From the human T2T-CHM13v2.0 reference genome, Homo sapiens: a DNA stretch of 64,000 nucleotides. The stretch spans positions 20,096,001-20,160,000 of the forward strand of contig CP068257.2 in assembly GCA_009914755.4 (NCBI GenBank). Reading direction: 5' to 3'. The notes under the pieces are model-generated. The model was not told where the DNA came from. It did no database searches and was given only the letters and a program-made list of their open reading frames with translations. The position numbers and the translations under genes were made by a program. This document shows, piece by piece, positions 51,738 through 64,000 of the stretch; within the stretch, counting starts at the first letter, position 1; every line of letters starts with the position of its first letter.

Positions 51738-54700
51738 CCAGGCTTTTCTTTACTGGGAGATTTTTATTACGACTTTGATCTCATTACTTGTTATTGGTCC
51801 TTTCAGGTTTTGAATTTCTTTCTGGTTCAACTGGTTCAATCTTGATAGGTTATACATGTCTAAGAATGTGTCCATTTCTTCTAGATTTTTCAATTTACTG
51901 GTATATAGTTGCTCATAGTTGCTATTAATGATACTTTCAATGTCTGTGGTATCAGGCATAATGTCTCCTTTTTTATCTTTGATTTTTTTTTTATTTGGAT
52001 AATCTCTTTTCCTTAGCCTGGCTAAAAATTTGTCTATTTTGTTTAACTTCTCAAAAACCACTTTTTTGTTTCATTGATCTTTTGTATTGTTTTCTTCATT
52101 TCAAATTCATTTATTTCTGCTTTGAAATTTATTATTTCTTTTCTTCTACTAATGTTGGGTTTGGTTTGCTCTTGCTTATCTAGTTCTTTTACATGCATCA
52201 TTAAGTTGTTTATTTGAAGTTTTTCTTCTTTTTTGATGTAAGCACTTATAGCTATAAACTTCTTTCTTATTACTTCATTTGCTGTATCCCATAGGATTTG
52301 GTAGGTTGTGTTTCCATTATCATTTATTTCAAGAAATTTTTCAATTTCCTTCTTAATTTATTTACTGACTCACTGGTCATTCAGCAGCATACTGTTTAAT
52401 TTCCATGTATTTGTATAGTTTCCAAAATTCCTCTTGTAATTGATTTCTGCTTTTATTCCATTGTGTTTATAGAAGATGCTTGATATTTTTTCAATCTTTT
52501 TGAATGTTTTAAGGCTTGTTTTTTTGAACTAACATATGGTCTATCCTCGAGAATGATCCATGTAAATGTTTATTAGATTCATTTGGTCTATAATGCAGAT
52601 TAAGTCCAATGTTTCTTTGTTGGTTTTTTGTCTGGAAGATCTGTCCATTGCTGAAAGTGGGGTGTTGAAGTATCTAGCTATTATTGTATTGGGGCCTATC
52701 TCTCTCTTTAACTCTAATAATATATTTTTTTATATATGTGGGTGCTCCAGTGTTTGGTGCATATATACTTAAAATTGTTATATCCTCTTGATAAATTGAA
52801 CACTTTATTATTACATAATATCCTTCTTTGCTCCTTCTTAGAGTTTTTGTCTTGAAATCTATTCTTTTTCTGATAAGACTAGTTACTCTTGCTCTTTTTT
52901 GGTTTCCATTGGCATGGAATATCTTTCTCCATCCCTTTATTTTCAGTATATGTGTGTTTCCCTCTTTCTCCGCTCTAAGCCACCTGGAGCTGGGGGTGAA
53001 TTGACACAAGAACCCTGTGGCCACCACCCCTAAGTGTGTACTGGGTCACACCTGAAGTCTGTACAGCACTGGATCTTACCCAAGGTCTGCTGTAACCACT
53101 CCCTTGTACCACCTATGTTCGCTCAAAGCGCTGGGTCTCTAGAATAAGCGTTGTAGCCATCCAGACCTATGTCCTTTCCTTCAGAGCAGTGATTTCTTTC
53201 CCCTGGCCCCTGGGAAGGTCCAGAGGTTCAGTTAGGGAGCCAGATACTAGAGTCAAAGACCTTAGAAATCGTCCTTGGGTTCTATTGTGCTGCGGCTGAA
53301 TTGGCACTCAAACCACAAGACATAGTCCTTCCCACTCTTCCCTCCCCTTTCCACAGGCAGAGGAGTCTCAGTAGGTCACATGCCACCCCAATCCACTATC
53401 TCTAGGCCCAGCTGAGCCCTAGGACATGACTTGCCTGGGTGTGGCAATTCTTGTGGCCTAGACTCCCTTTCAGGTTTATTTGGAGCCACAGACCACTTTA
53501 GCCTGCAGTGGAGAGCCTTACGACAACTCAAACTCTGACCTCTGGGATCAGTCATTCTCCTCTGGCTAGGGCTGGTTTAAATGCACCCTCAGTGGACAGG
53601 CATCAACTGAGTTTAATCTAGTTTTGCTTTCTTCTATAAAGGAGGGCAGCATGGAGTTCAATGGCTCAAAATTGCTGGGTCTCCCTCTCAGGGCACAAAA
53701 TCTCTCTCTAAAGAAAGCTGCTGCTGCTGGTGGGTGGGGAAAGGGTGGTGTCAGTGATTCAAGTCTCCTTTTTCTACTTCTTCAGTGCCTCTTTCAGTGA
53801 TACAAAGTAAAAGCCAAGGATTATGAATGGTCACCTGATTTTTTGGTTCTTATGAAGGTGCTTTTTTGTGTGTAAATAGTTGTTAAATTAGTGTCCTTGC
53901 AGGGGATGATAGGTGGAGCCTTCTATTCTGCCATCTTGCTTCATTCTCAACCTATCCTCCCATTTAAAATTATTATGGTCTTCATTTTTGGAAACAGATG
54001 TGACAGGAATCAACAGATGTTAACGGGAAACAAGGAATTTTCCTGATGAGACAATTTGGTCTTAGAACTGTTTTAGAAACCAAGTAAAGTGCAAAGTTTC
54101 GCTAGGGCCCTCAAATAAAAATGATGTAAACCAACAGATGACAGCTTAATGAGTTTAGGCAGGAGGATGGGGCTATATAGTATCAAGATAGATGATGTTG
54201 AATCTCATGGATAGATTCGGTTACTGACTCTACAGATCAATAATGGCAATCATGATGATGATTTACTGTTAGGGAAACATGTTTTGGTGGTATCTCGGGC
54301 TTGTCTGACAATGCATATTCAAAAGATAGATTGAATGCCCTGGAATGTTAACCTTGTCACTGATGATTTTAGCATTTTCTTGAGATGCACTAAAAAAGAC
54401 TGTTTTTTTTTCCTTTTAAAATTATTGGGCTGAATAATCATATTTAGTTATTTCAATTCTAGCTGAAGAATTTGGTATGTTTCAAAATACTACACTAAAG
54501 TTAAATTGCATTTTGTTCAAAAGGTCTCATATTAATTTTTATTATTTTAAATGAAAACTCACAGTAGCTTGGAAAATAAAGTGGTTTCACCTCTATTTAG
54601 TATACTACAAACAGTAAAAGTGATATTGAAGGATATTCATATAGTAAAATCACAAAATGATATATTGCATTATATTCAGGGAAAGCATCAGGATTGTGCG

Positions 54701-56589
54701 AAGTTGGACACCCTTGCATCTTTTAGGAAACAGCCATTGACATCTTTACTGTAAGAAATAATGCACTTTTTTTTGGAGATGGATAAATAGTAATTAATCA
54801 AAATTCAATTTCAAGGCATTTGAAAGTTTCTCCGCCTTTCTCCAACATAACAAACAAAAGGATTTTCATAACTTTACTCCTGCAAGTTGTCAATTTTTTA
54901 ACTATTTTTGTATATTGCTACATTTTGCATATTACTATGTTATATAAAATAATATTGTAAATAATTTAAACAATTTGAATACCAAAGTTCTTTCTATTTG
55001 TCATTAAAATTAATTTTTCCTGTGTCTATTGTTCTACTCACAGAGTGATGCAGAGATGTGACCCAACGGGTCTACCTACCAGGGAGGAGGTGTGGTTTTT
55101 ACTGGAATATTCTGGCAGGCAAAAGTGAGTAGCTTAGTTTGAGGCCTGGAACTTCTCTATACCAGGAAGTCATTTCATTTATCTGTGCCATTGTTTTCTT
55201 ATCAGCAAAATATGAACTGGGCTATCTAATTGACAGTTTTTCCATGACAAGCAAGTGAGCTGAGCCAATATGAGTAAGGGAAACAAATGCAAATCTCCAA
55301 TGCCATTTCAGTGATGGATATTAACTTTCAAATGAAATACAAAAATTTACAGCATTTCCTCAATTCAATTTGATATCATTGAAACAGTCTTTATTTTTCA
55401 TAATGAAATACTCAATGATTTATTATAATATAATCCTTAATTGTGTTTCATGTCTTTGAAATGACAACAATTTTACTCTTTCATGACAAAAATGTTTATT
55501 ACTTTATATATTAGCAATATCTAAAACCTCCCCATAATTTTCATTTCATCCAACCCACTCTACCACCAGATCAATGTAAGGACCCAGGTTTAGAATGAAT
55601 GTATCTCCTCTTATTCCCTTATTTATGCCATTCCATGACCCACCAAACACACATTTCATTGATTCTACATACCACTTTCTTTTTCAACTCCTCTTCAACA
55701 TTTTGATGGTTTTTCTCTCTTCCTTACTAGATTTAATGGTATAGTTAGTCACGACAGTCATTCTCTTGCTTACATTCTCAAATCTCCTTTGTCTCTTGGT
55801 TTCAAACATTCATTTTGAAACACTTGATTAATTTCACCCCCTGACTATTTCATGCCTGTATTGCATGTAGCTGAATGTGACTGAAAAGTAGTGTGCCAGC
55901 AGGTAATTCTAAGGCATTTGAATTGAACCCCTTTTCTAATCTTCTTTTATTCTCTTTTTAAATATTCCCAAAACACCTATTGCTTTTAACATATTACATC
56001 ATTTACCTACTACATCTACTATTTACCAGGATGCATGTCCTTACAAGGCTAGGATCTTTGATGTTTTTTCCACTGATATATCTCAAGTGCCTGATATATT
56101 AAACACTCAAATATGTTTGTTGGATATATGTTGTTCAATATTTATGTTCTTATCTTCAGATTGTCTATATGATTTAGAGTTTCCAGAAAACTGTTTAACT
56201 TTGCATCCACTGACAATGGAAAGACCACATTTATCTTCCTGTGCAAAGGGTTATGTGTGTTACAGATAAAATGTTGATTCATTTTTCTATCTCATTCCCA
56301 TTCTCTATTCTAGGTGAGTATAATGCTAGTAAAAACTCTAACAAAGTAATTATAATGTGTTCCGGACAGGATCTCTCCTTTTGGCTTTCTCCCTGCTTCT
56401 GAAACACATCCCTTTCCAGGAATGCATGCTTTCTGAGGCAGACAAAAGAAGAGTTGTTCAAGGTATGTCAAGATGAAATGTCAGTTTACTGAATTGCAGT
56501 TTCTACCTTTTTTCCTATAAAACACTTCTCAATTAAATGCTTAGCTTTCAGTGTCAATAAATCTGATATTATAATTGCTACAATCCTAA

Positions 56590-56930
<341 letters not shown>

Positions 56931-59900
56931 TAAATGCCACTATATCATTTTCTTACTTTAAAAAATTGATTTGGGGGACACATAAAATCCTTGGTTATTC
57001 ACATAGTGAGGGGACAATTTTGCTTCTATTTCTTACTTTACAGATAAGGAAACTGAGGCCGTGAAAAATTAGGAAATTTGTACAAGGTCACAAATATAAA
57101 GCACTTTTTACTTTGAAATGGTTCTTGAGACTTTTCTTTTTAGAAGCTTCATATAAACATTTCACACACGCAGGAAATTATACCTTCATATCTCTTTGGG
57201 GAAAGAAAAAATTACAATAGAAAATATTTCTCATTAAGATAGCCTTGATTCTATTTGACACTTTAACTGTACTATCTTTATCGTGTATAATAGATGGATT
57301 ATGTAATTACATTACTCTATAGATTCTATTAGAATAGGCAGACATTTGAATTTGGGAAACCAATCAGGCTTAATTAGAAGAACTTAGTTGAAATAGCCTG
57401 AGGAAATGAAAAATAGAATTTCTTTTACGTTAAGTCACAGATTACAAAATTATTATCTACATTGTTAAGGCTTTTTTAAAAAAAATTATTTTATTCAGAT
57501 TATAATATACACTACTACATTTTAAGCCCTATAGCCTGTCATAGTTTTCTTCCTTGTTACCTGATATGGTAATTCTCCTTCTTTAATGCAGTTAATAAAA
57601 AGGTCGAGATTCCCTAGTTCCTTCCTATGCTCTTCTTTATTATGATACCCCATCACCTGAGACTGGAAGCTAAATGAACTTCACCTTTCAGATTTTTTTT
57701 CACCTGAGAATGTACATCATATGGTAATGGGCCAGCCCACTGTGTCTGTTGGATCTGTGACCGCAGCTGTGATTATTCATCTTAATTTGCTTGTAAAAGA
57801 TGCTAATTATTTCATAAGGCATTCACTTATAAAATGGAAACCAAAGCAAGCAGAAGCAGGGTTTTGTTGACATGTTTTAAAGTACAGAAATAATTCCAAT
57901 TGAAATGTTAATTAAAATAATATATCATGTCTTTTAAAAACTCAGATGTTCCAGGTTTATTTGAGATGGTCTTCAGTCCTTGGAAAAATATGTATAGCTC
58001 CATCAAATTTGGTTTCTTATTATATCAAAGAAAGGAACATAGTCAATGAAACTTAAGCTCAGATACGTGTGTGACATACGTACAATGTCAGATCTAGAAA
58101 AGTCCATATTTAAAATATATATATAGCTACTTTGGAATATATAAAGAAAAAGCTCTATGCTTTAATAGATAACATCTAGTGAGCACTGACTATATCTTAT
58201 GTTAATAACTCATTTTCTTATCAAATCATCTATGTTAGGAAATTGAGACTTTAACTTTTTGAAAATATTATGATATGGCTAAAGTCTGTAACCAGAAAGT
58301 CTGAATCCAGAACCCATTGCTTAATTGCTTGTGTTACTTGCCTTTTGACTAGAAGCTTTATTGATTCTGATATTGCAAAACTCGATATTCATTTTCAGAT
58401 TGTGAAGATGTCTATTTTTCTCAAAGTCTTTTATCTGAGTTTCACATGCTTAAGACAGTTTCAGAAATAAAATGATGTTTTGTTTCAGAGTGTTTTTAAA
58501 TGTATATATTTATTCCTAACTGACATTAACAAATAATTGTATTGGTAATGTCTTGTGATTAGTGGCACTGTTGAACAATGTTTGGACTATTTTTTTACCA
58601 GGGATGCATAAAATACTTAGAATTTAATTAAATGAAATGAAAAAAATATTTTTCTTAGTGTATAATGCCTAAAAGTTTATTATTGTCCAGAAATTTTGTA
58701 AAAAATGTATTTTAAAATATTAACCATTTAGTAATCTTCATAGATTAATTAACCTAATGGTTTAAGAAAGTGCATAGTTGCTTAACTACTTTAAAGGTTA
58801 CTTCAGACACAGGCTAGTTCAGAATAAGTTTATGAATTAATTCTCTTTCTAAAACATAAAGTCCTGGGAAGTAAGCCAAGGTCAGTTTCTTGAAGCTAAC
58901 CAAGTAGGCTAATAATAAGAACTCTTACATTAGCCAAACTGAATTATTCAGATGTAACCAGTAGTGTCTAAAATTTCCAAATTTCTTGGAACAACATCAA
59001 TGTGATATTATGCTCTAATGTCTGGCTAACTTCTGGAAAGATTTACTACATATCCATACTCTTTGGTTATTGCATTCTTAACAAATGAATAGCATTTCTG
59101 ATAGGACAAGATATTGGTCCATCCTGAAGGAGAGAAGAGGATTATTGCTACCACATGAAAACAAAGAGAAATAGATGGGTAATTTTCAGTGGGTTCGTTG
59201 CATTATGTAAACCTATTTGAGCACTTATTCTTATTACACCTTAAATGTATTTATTTTTAAAGCACATAAGAATCAAATTCCTTCTCCCTAATCTTTGTGA
59301 TTCTCATGAAGTACTTCTGAGATGTGAATCAGGACTTTGCATTCTTAGCAAGCATCCAGGTGATTCTGTCGCAGATGAGTCACACATTGTATTTTTAGAA
59401 ATACTGAGAGTAGCTGTGTTTTCCAATACACATAACTGTAAGTTTTCAGCAAGACTTGGTAGTGGGAGACATTTAGTTAAAATGGGTAATGTGTTAAGGG
59501 ATAAGCCTGCCCTAATATTTGGAGTGGCTGAATTGGTTAACAGTATTCTATCAGGGAAAATTTCTTTACTTGACCTTCATTTTCACCTTTGATATGTACA
59601 TACAGGTTAAGAGTAAGAATGGTGATTTGAATCCAATTAATGTGCATTTGCAAAGATTTAGATGATAAGAAGAGAATGTACCTTGACCTTGGACTAGAGA
59701 AGGAACGGAAATGTTATAGAAAAAATGAAAGGGTTATACAAGGAAACTTAATCCTAAGCAGAGCTTTACCCATGGGACTAAGCCTGGAAGGGAATAACTG
59801 AAACTGAGACTCAGAGGAAATTGAAGCTTGTAGCAGATTTGTGCCCAGGATAATGGCATGATTCTAAAGATTCTGCTTGCACAAACAGAGTAAGTAAAAC

Positions 59901-60130
59901 CTGGGCACTTTGGCTCACGCCTGTAATCCCAGCACTCTGGGAGGCTGAGGTGGGCAGATCAAGAGGTCAAGAGATCGAGACCATCCTGGCCAACATGGTG
60001 AAACCCCATCTCTACGAAAAACACAAAAATTAGCTGGGCGTGGTGGTATGCACCTGTAGTCTCAGCTACTCGGGAGGCTGAGGCAGGAGAATCATTTGAA
60101 CCCGGGAGGCGGAGGTTGCAGTGAGCCAAG
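59901..60130 (+). mobile_element. Alu, plus orientation, 3'-truncated at ...gcagtgagccaag. First copy of a tandem duplication.
   Basis: ctgggcactttggctcacgcctgtaatcccagcactctgggaggctgaggtgggcagatcaagaggtcaagagatcgagaccatcctggccaacatggtgaaaccccatctctacgaaaaacacaaaaattagctgggcgtggtggtatgcacctgtagtctcagctactcgggaggctgaggcaggagaatcatttgaacccgggaggcggaggttgcagtgagccaag. Confidence 0.9.
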
Positions 60131-60142
60131 AGTAAGTAAAAC

Positions 60143-60790
<648 letters not shown>

Positions 60791-61013
60791 CTATCTCAAA
60801 TGTCATTTATTCCAAGACCTAAAGGAAAAAAAAGAGGAGCAAGATATACAAAAATCAGAACAGATCATTCCAAACAGCTGTAATAAGGTAATAGACAGTA
60901 CAATGACCCATAGAGAAAGTGAGAAAAAAAATCAAGATGCTTAAACATCCTGAGAGAAGCAAGGAAAATAGTAGAAGAGGTTAGGTAATCAGGCAAGTAT
61001 CAAATGATACAGG

Positions 61014-61037
61014 ACTTTTTTTTTTTTTTTTTTTTTA
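61014..61037. repeat. poly(T) tract of about 23 nt
   Basis: ggacttttttttttttttttttttttagaaaaag. Confidence 0.9.
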
Positions 61038-63304
61038 GAAAAAGTAAGTAGTTTGAATTTTATTCTAAGTGTGAGTAATTCTTTTGGAAAATTATAAGTA
61101 GGGGTGCTTATAACTCCAGATCTCTGTGGCATCCAAATGTAAAATTTTTTCTTGCTCAATTACTTGTCAGCTGAAGTTCGACTATAATTATGCCACCTGT
61201 CTTCTTTAGTTTTGAATGCAGGTTGCAGAAATGCTTCCCTCTGAGATAAGACATTCTCATGGAAAAGGAGAAAAGAAAAAGAAAATAGAATTGCAAAAGC
61301 ACAAGATGGTTTAAAACTTCTACTTAGATGATTTAAACATGGCATATATCATGTCTGATCACCCTCCATTGGTTAAAGCAAGTCCTGATAATCCAGATGT
61401 TTTGGGAGGGCCATCATCTTCTTACAGGAAGGGTCAGTGAATAATTGGGGACAATATTTTCTTCTGTATCAAAAACACCCACAACATCATTGAATTTGAA
61501 GCTATATAGACAAGTGAATAAATAAATTAAAAAGCTGAATGGAGATAGAAAAAAAGAGGAAAATCCAGAAAAAGACCAAAGAGCTCCTCTGTGTTTAGAG
61601 GCAAAGTGGTGGAGAAGGAGTTCGCAAAGATGATTGAGGAGTAAAATCCAGTATAGTAGCAAGAAAAACCAAAAAAATATCTGCCATGGAGAAAAAGAAA
61701 ATGTTTCCAGAAAAAGAAGATTAACCATGTGGAATGCAGCTGAGAAATAAAATAAGGTAAAAGACATGAAACAATTAGATTTGTATTTGGCAACATTGTA
61801 TTTGAAATGGCAACAATACGTTTACCGTGTTGGTATTATTTTTTTTCCACCAGCAAATATTGTGTACTGGGTAAGGAGATGTAGGATAAAGGAAAATGAT
61901 CTCAAAGAAGATGGGGGTGAGTTAGGGAGTAGATGGTAGATAAAAACAACCCAGAGAATCAATGATGGTGGCGATAGTCACGCATATTATTGAATATATG
62001 GTTTAGGCTGTGGTGAAAGTAAAGTGAGATTTCAGGGGATAAAATATTCCAGGAAATAATAAAAGTTAAGGGATGGGAAGGGTTTCAGTTTCTTATATAA
62101 AGTTAAAGCCCCAATATTAAGCAGGCAGCCCACATGAGTTTGATATTAATCAGAATAGTGACAACAGTTGAAGTGAGAAAGTCTTTAAAGTAGATCTGTA
62201 AGTTCCTGGTGAATGAAGAGGTAGTACCACAAGGTTGGCAACTAAAGATGTTGTGTAGTGTGTGCACATATGTGTGTTTATGAGTAATCATGCCATTATT
62301 CTATATCACAGAATGTTTACATATTAAATATAATGAGGTACCTTGGCAGTTATAACTGGTTTATATGTTTCATTTGTTGAGAAATGTTGAAGGTACAATT
62401 CAGAATGCTGGAAATATTTATAACGGCAATCCCTCTACATCTTAAAGTTAGATGGTATGAACTTTCCCAATTCATTAAGTGATGTTCAGTAAAATTTTGC
62501 ACTGCTTTTTAATGGCAATTTGCATCATAAAGGAAAGAATAGGAGTACGTTAATTGGCTCAAGAATTATTTTCTTAAGTAACTGCACTCATTTGCATTTT
62601 GGAGTGAGGCTCCAAAACTGAACTCAAGCTCTCTATGTCCTAGGTGACCTTGTTAGAATGCATGGTTATAATTATACTGAATAATCAATGGAAAAACAGG
62701 AAACTTCAAAGGCTAATGAATAGAATGCTCTATAGTATTTAAGGTTTTAAAAAAATGACTAGCTTTTCATTTATTTTCTTTGTGCTTTTTGCAAAACTAA
62801 TTCTCACATTTCACCTGCATGAACTCTAACTGGGGCGTATGATATTCTGTTGATCATATAGGCTCCTTCCATTAATAACTCTATTGCTCACAAATTTATA
62901 GATTTCCATTTTCACCCACCACTTATCACTATTTATTTTTTAAATAACTTTTATGTGATGCAAATTGCTTTTATGCTTCATCAAGACTGAAATCCTAAAT
63001 AAAACAGTATTTTGTGATTTTATGTTAGAACACTTCATTGTCTTTGATCATATCCTCTGCCCTAATCTAATTTATTACTACCATCTAATCTAATCTACTA
63101 CTAATCTAACATTAAAAACAAAAAAGTACGAATTATCATTTTTCCTTTACACTTAAAAATCCCTTTGGATTAACTATAATATTTGTCCTATTTTTAAAAA
63201 GTGCTTGCTCAAAAATATAGTTCAGAAAATTATGGTCTTAATAATTTATTAAACAAATTATCTCTAACAACCAGATAGGAAGAATAAGTTCTATTGCTGT
63301 ATAC

Positions 63305-63530
63305 CATTGCAGGATGACTATAGTTAACAAAAATATATTATATAGTTTTAAGATAGCTAGAAGGAGGATATTGAATATCCCTAACACAAATAAATGATAA
63401 AAGTTTAAGCTGATAGATATGTAAGTTAATCCTTATCTTCTCACTATACATTATGCGTATTGAAACATCACTAATACCCCAGAAATATGTACAATTATTA
63501 TTTGCCAATAAAAGAAGATAAACAAAAACT
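63305..63530 (+). mobile_element. LINE-1 3'-end fragment (older L1M/L1P-type)
   Basis: ggatgactatagttaacaaaaatatattatatagttttaagatagctagaaggaggatattgaatatccctaacacaaataaatgataaaagtttaagctgatagatatgtaagttaatccttatcttctcactatacattatgcgtattgaaacatcactaataccccagaaatatgtacaattattatttgccaataaaag. Same L1 3'-end block as at 4068-4625. Confidence 0.65.
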
Positions 63531-63682
63531 AACACATGCTTAAAATTAAAAAAAAAAAAACATACTCTTCAAAGATAATAGTTCATTCAAATTCTTCAGA
63601 ATATACCTTTCATTGCTATCAAAACAATAGATTTAAAGGACACTTGTTGGAATTCAGGCTGTTTACTGAATATAAGTACTTT

Positions 63683-63990
<308 letters not shown>

Positions 63991-64000
63991 TGAATATAAG

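Larger units (their letters stand above)
46085..52955 (-). mobile_element. LINE-1 (L1P-type) antisense remnant, 5'-truncated inside the ORF2 endonuclease domain. It runs from the 3'UTR/poly(A) at the low-coordinate end to ORF2 around amino acid 50. It is interrupted by an Alu (46628-46939), a full-length THE1 (47087-49293) and an Alu (51433-51737).
   Basis: Antisense L1 3'UTR at 46090-46620: gtgggtacatagtagacatatatacttatggagttcatgagatattttgatacagg...tatagtcaccctattgtgctatcaaacactag... L1 sequence resumes after each insertion, for example 46956 ...cccttcatctgttgatggacactgaggcagcttccaag and 49299 ataatcagcaggggattgctggatcatatggtagtgg. Minus-strand ORF-track peptides match L1 ORF2p: 51750-52061 (KIDKFLARLRKR...IMPDTTDIESIINSNYEQLYTSKLKNLEEMDTFLDMYNLSRLNQ) and 52674-53027 (HILKIKGWRKIFHANGNQKRARV...RKRIDFKTKTLRRSKEGYYVIIKCSIYQEDITILSIYAPNTGAP). 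Confidence 0.85.

Noticed and set aside
52674-53027. 117-aa minus-strand ORF as a gene
   Set aside because: Residues after about position 25 align to the L1 ORF2p endonuclease domain (HILKIKGWRK...ILSIYAPNTGAP). The N-terminal 25 aa and the start codon come from non-L1 flank created by the 5' truncation. This is a pseudogenic L1 fragment.
53900-53940. ggtggagccttctattctgccatcttg as the extreme 5' end of a full-length L1
   Set aside because: L1 ORF2 homology ends about 1 kb earlier (around 52955), and the intervening sequence does not resemble ORF1 or an L1 5'UTR. The short resemblance is probably chance.

Overview
This window is primate (human-type) nuclear DNA: AT-rich, gene-poor, and dominated by retrotransposons. 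It is not a prokaryotic or accessory-genome locus. By eye I can support the following:
- Thirteen Alu copies or fragments, five to six on the plus strand and seven on the minus strand.
- Two full-length ERVL-MaLR (THE1/MST-type) LTR elements in opposite orientation, each with 5-bp target-site duplications (TSDs), plus a solo THE1-like LTR.
- A roughly 6.9-kb 5'-truncated L1 antisense remnant, interrupted by two Alus and by one of the full-length THE1 elements.
- Several short L1 3'-end fragments, one with a twin-priming inversion and an intact 16-bp TSD.
- Many microsatellites, including two (GATA)n tetranucleotide STRs and a degenerate telomere-like hexamer tract.
- Several local tandem duplications and an AT-rich palindrome.

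None of the supplied ORFs looks like a real protein-coding gene. The longest ones lie inside the L1 ORF2 remnant, inside THE1/MST internal regions, antisense within Alus, or across homopolymer runs. I find no rRNA, tRNA, CRISPR array, operon-like gene cluster or plausible defence system. The points worth a second look are structural: nested transposable-element insertions with readable TSDs, a recent tandem duplication of an Alu plus its flank, and palindromic or tandem duplicates. No family assignment here was checked against RepeatMasker or a database.
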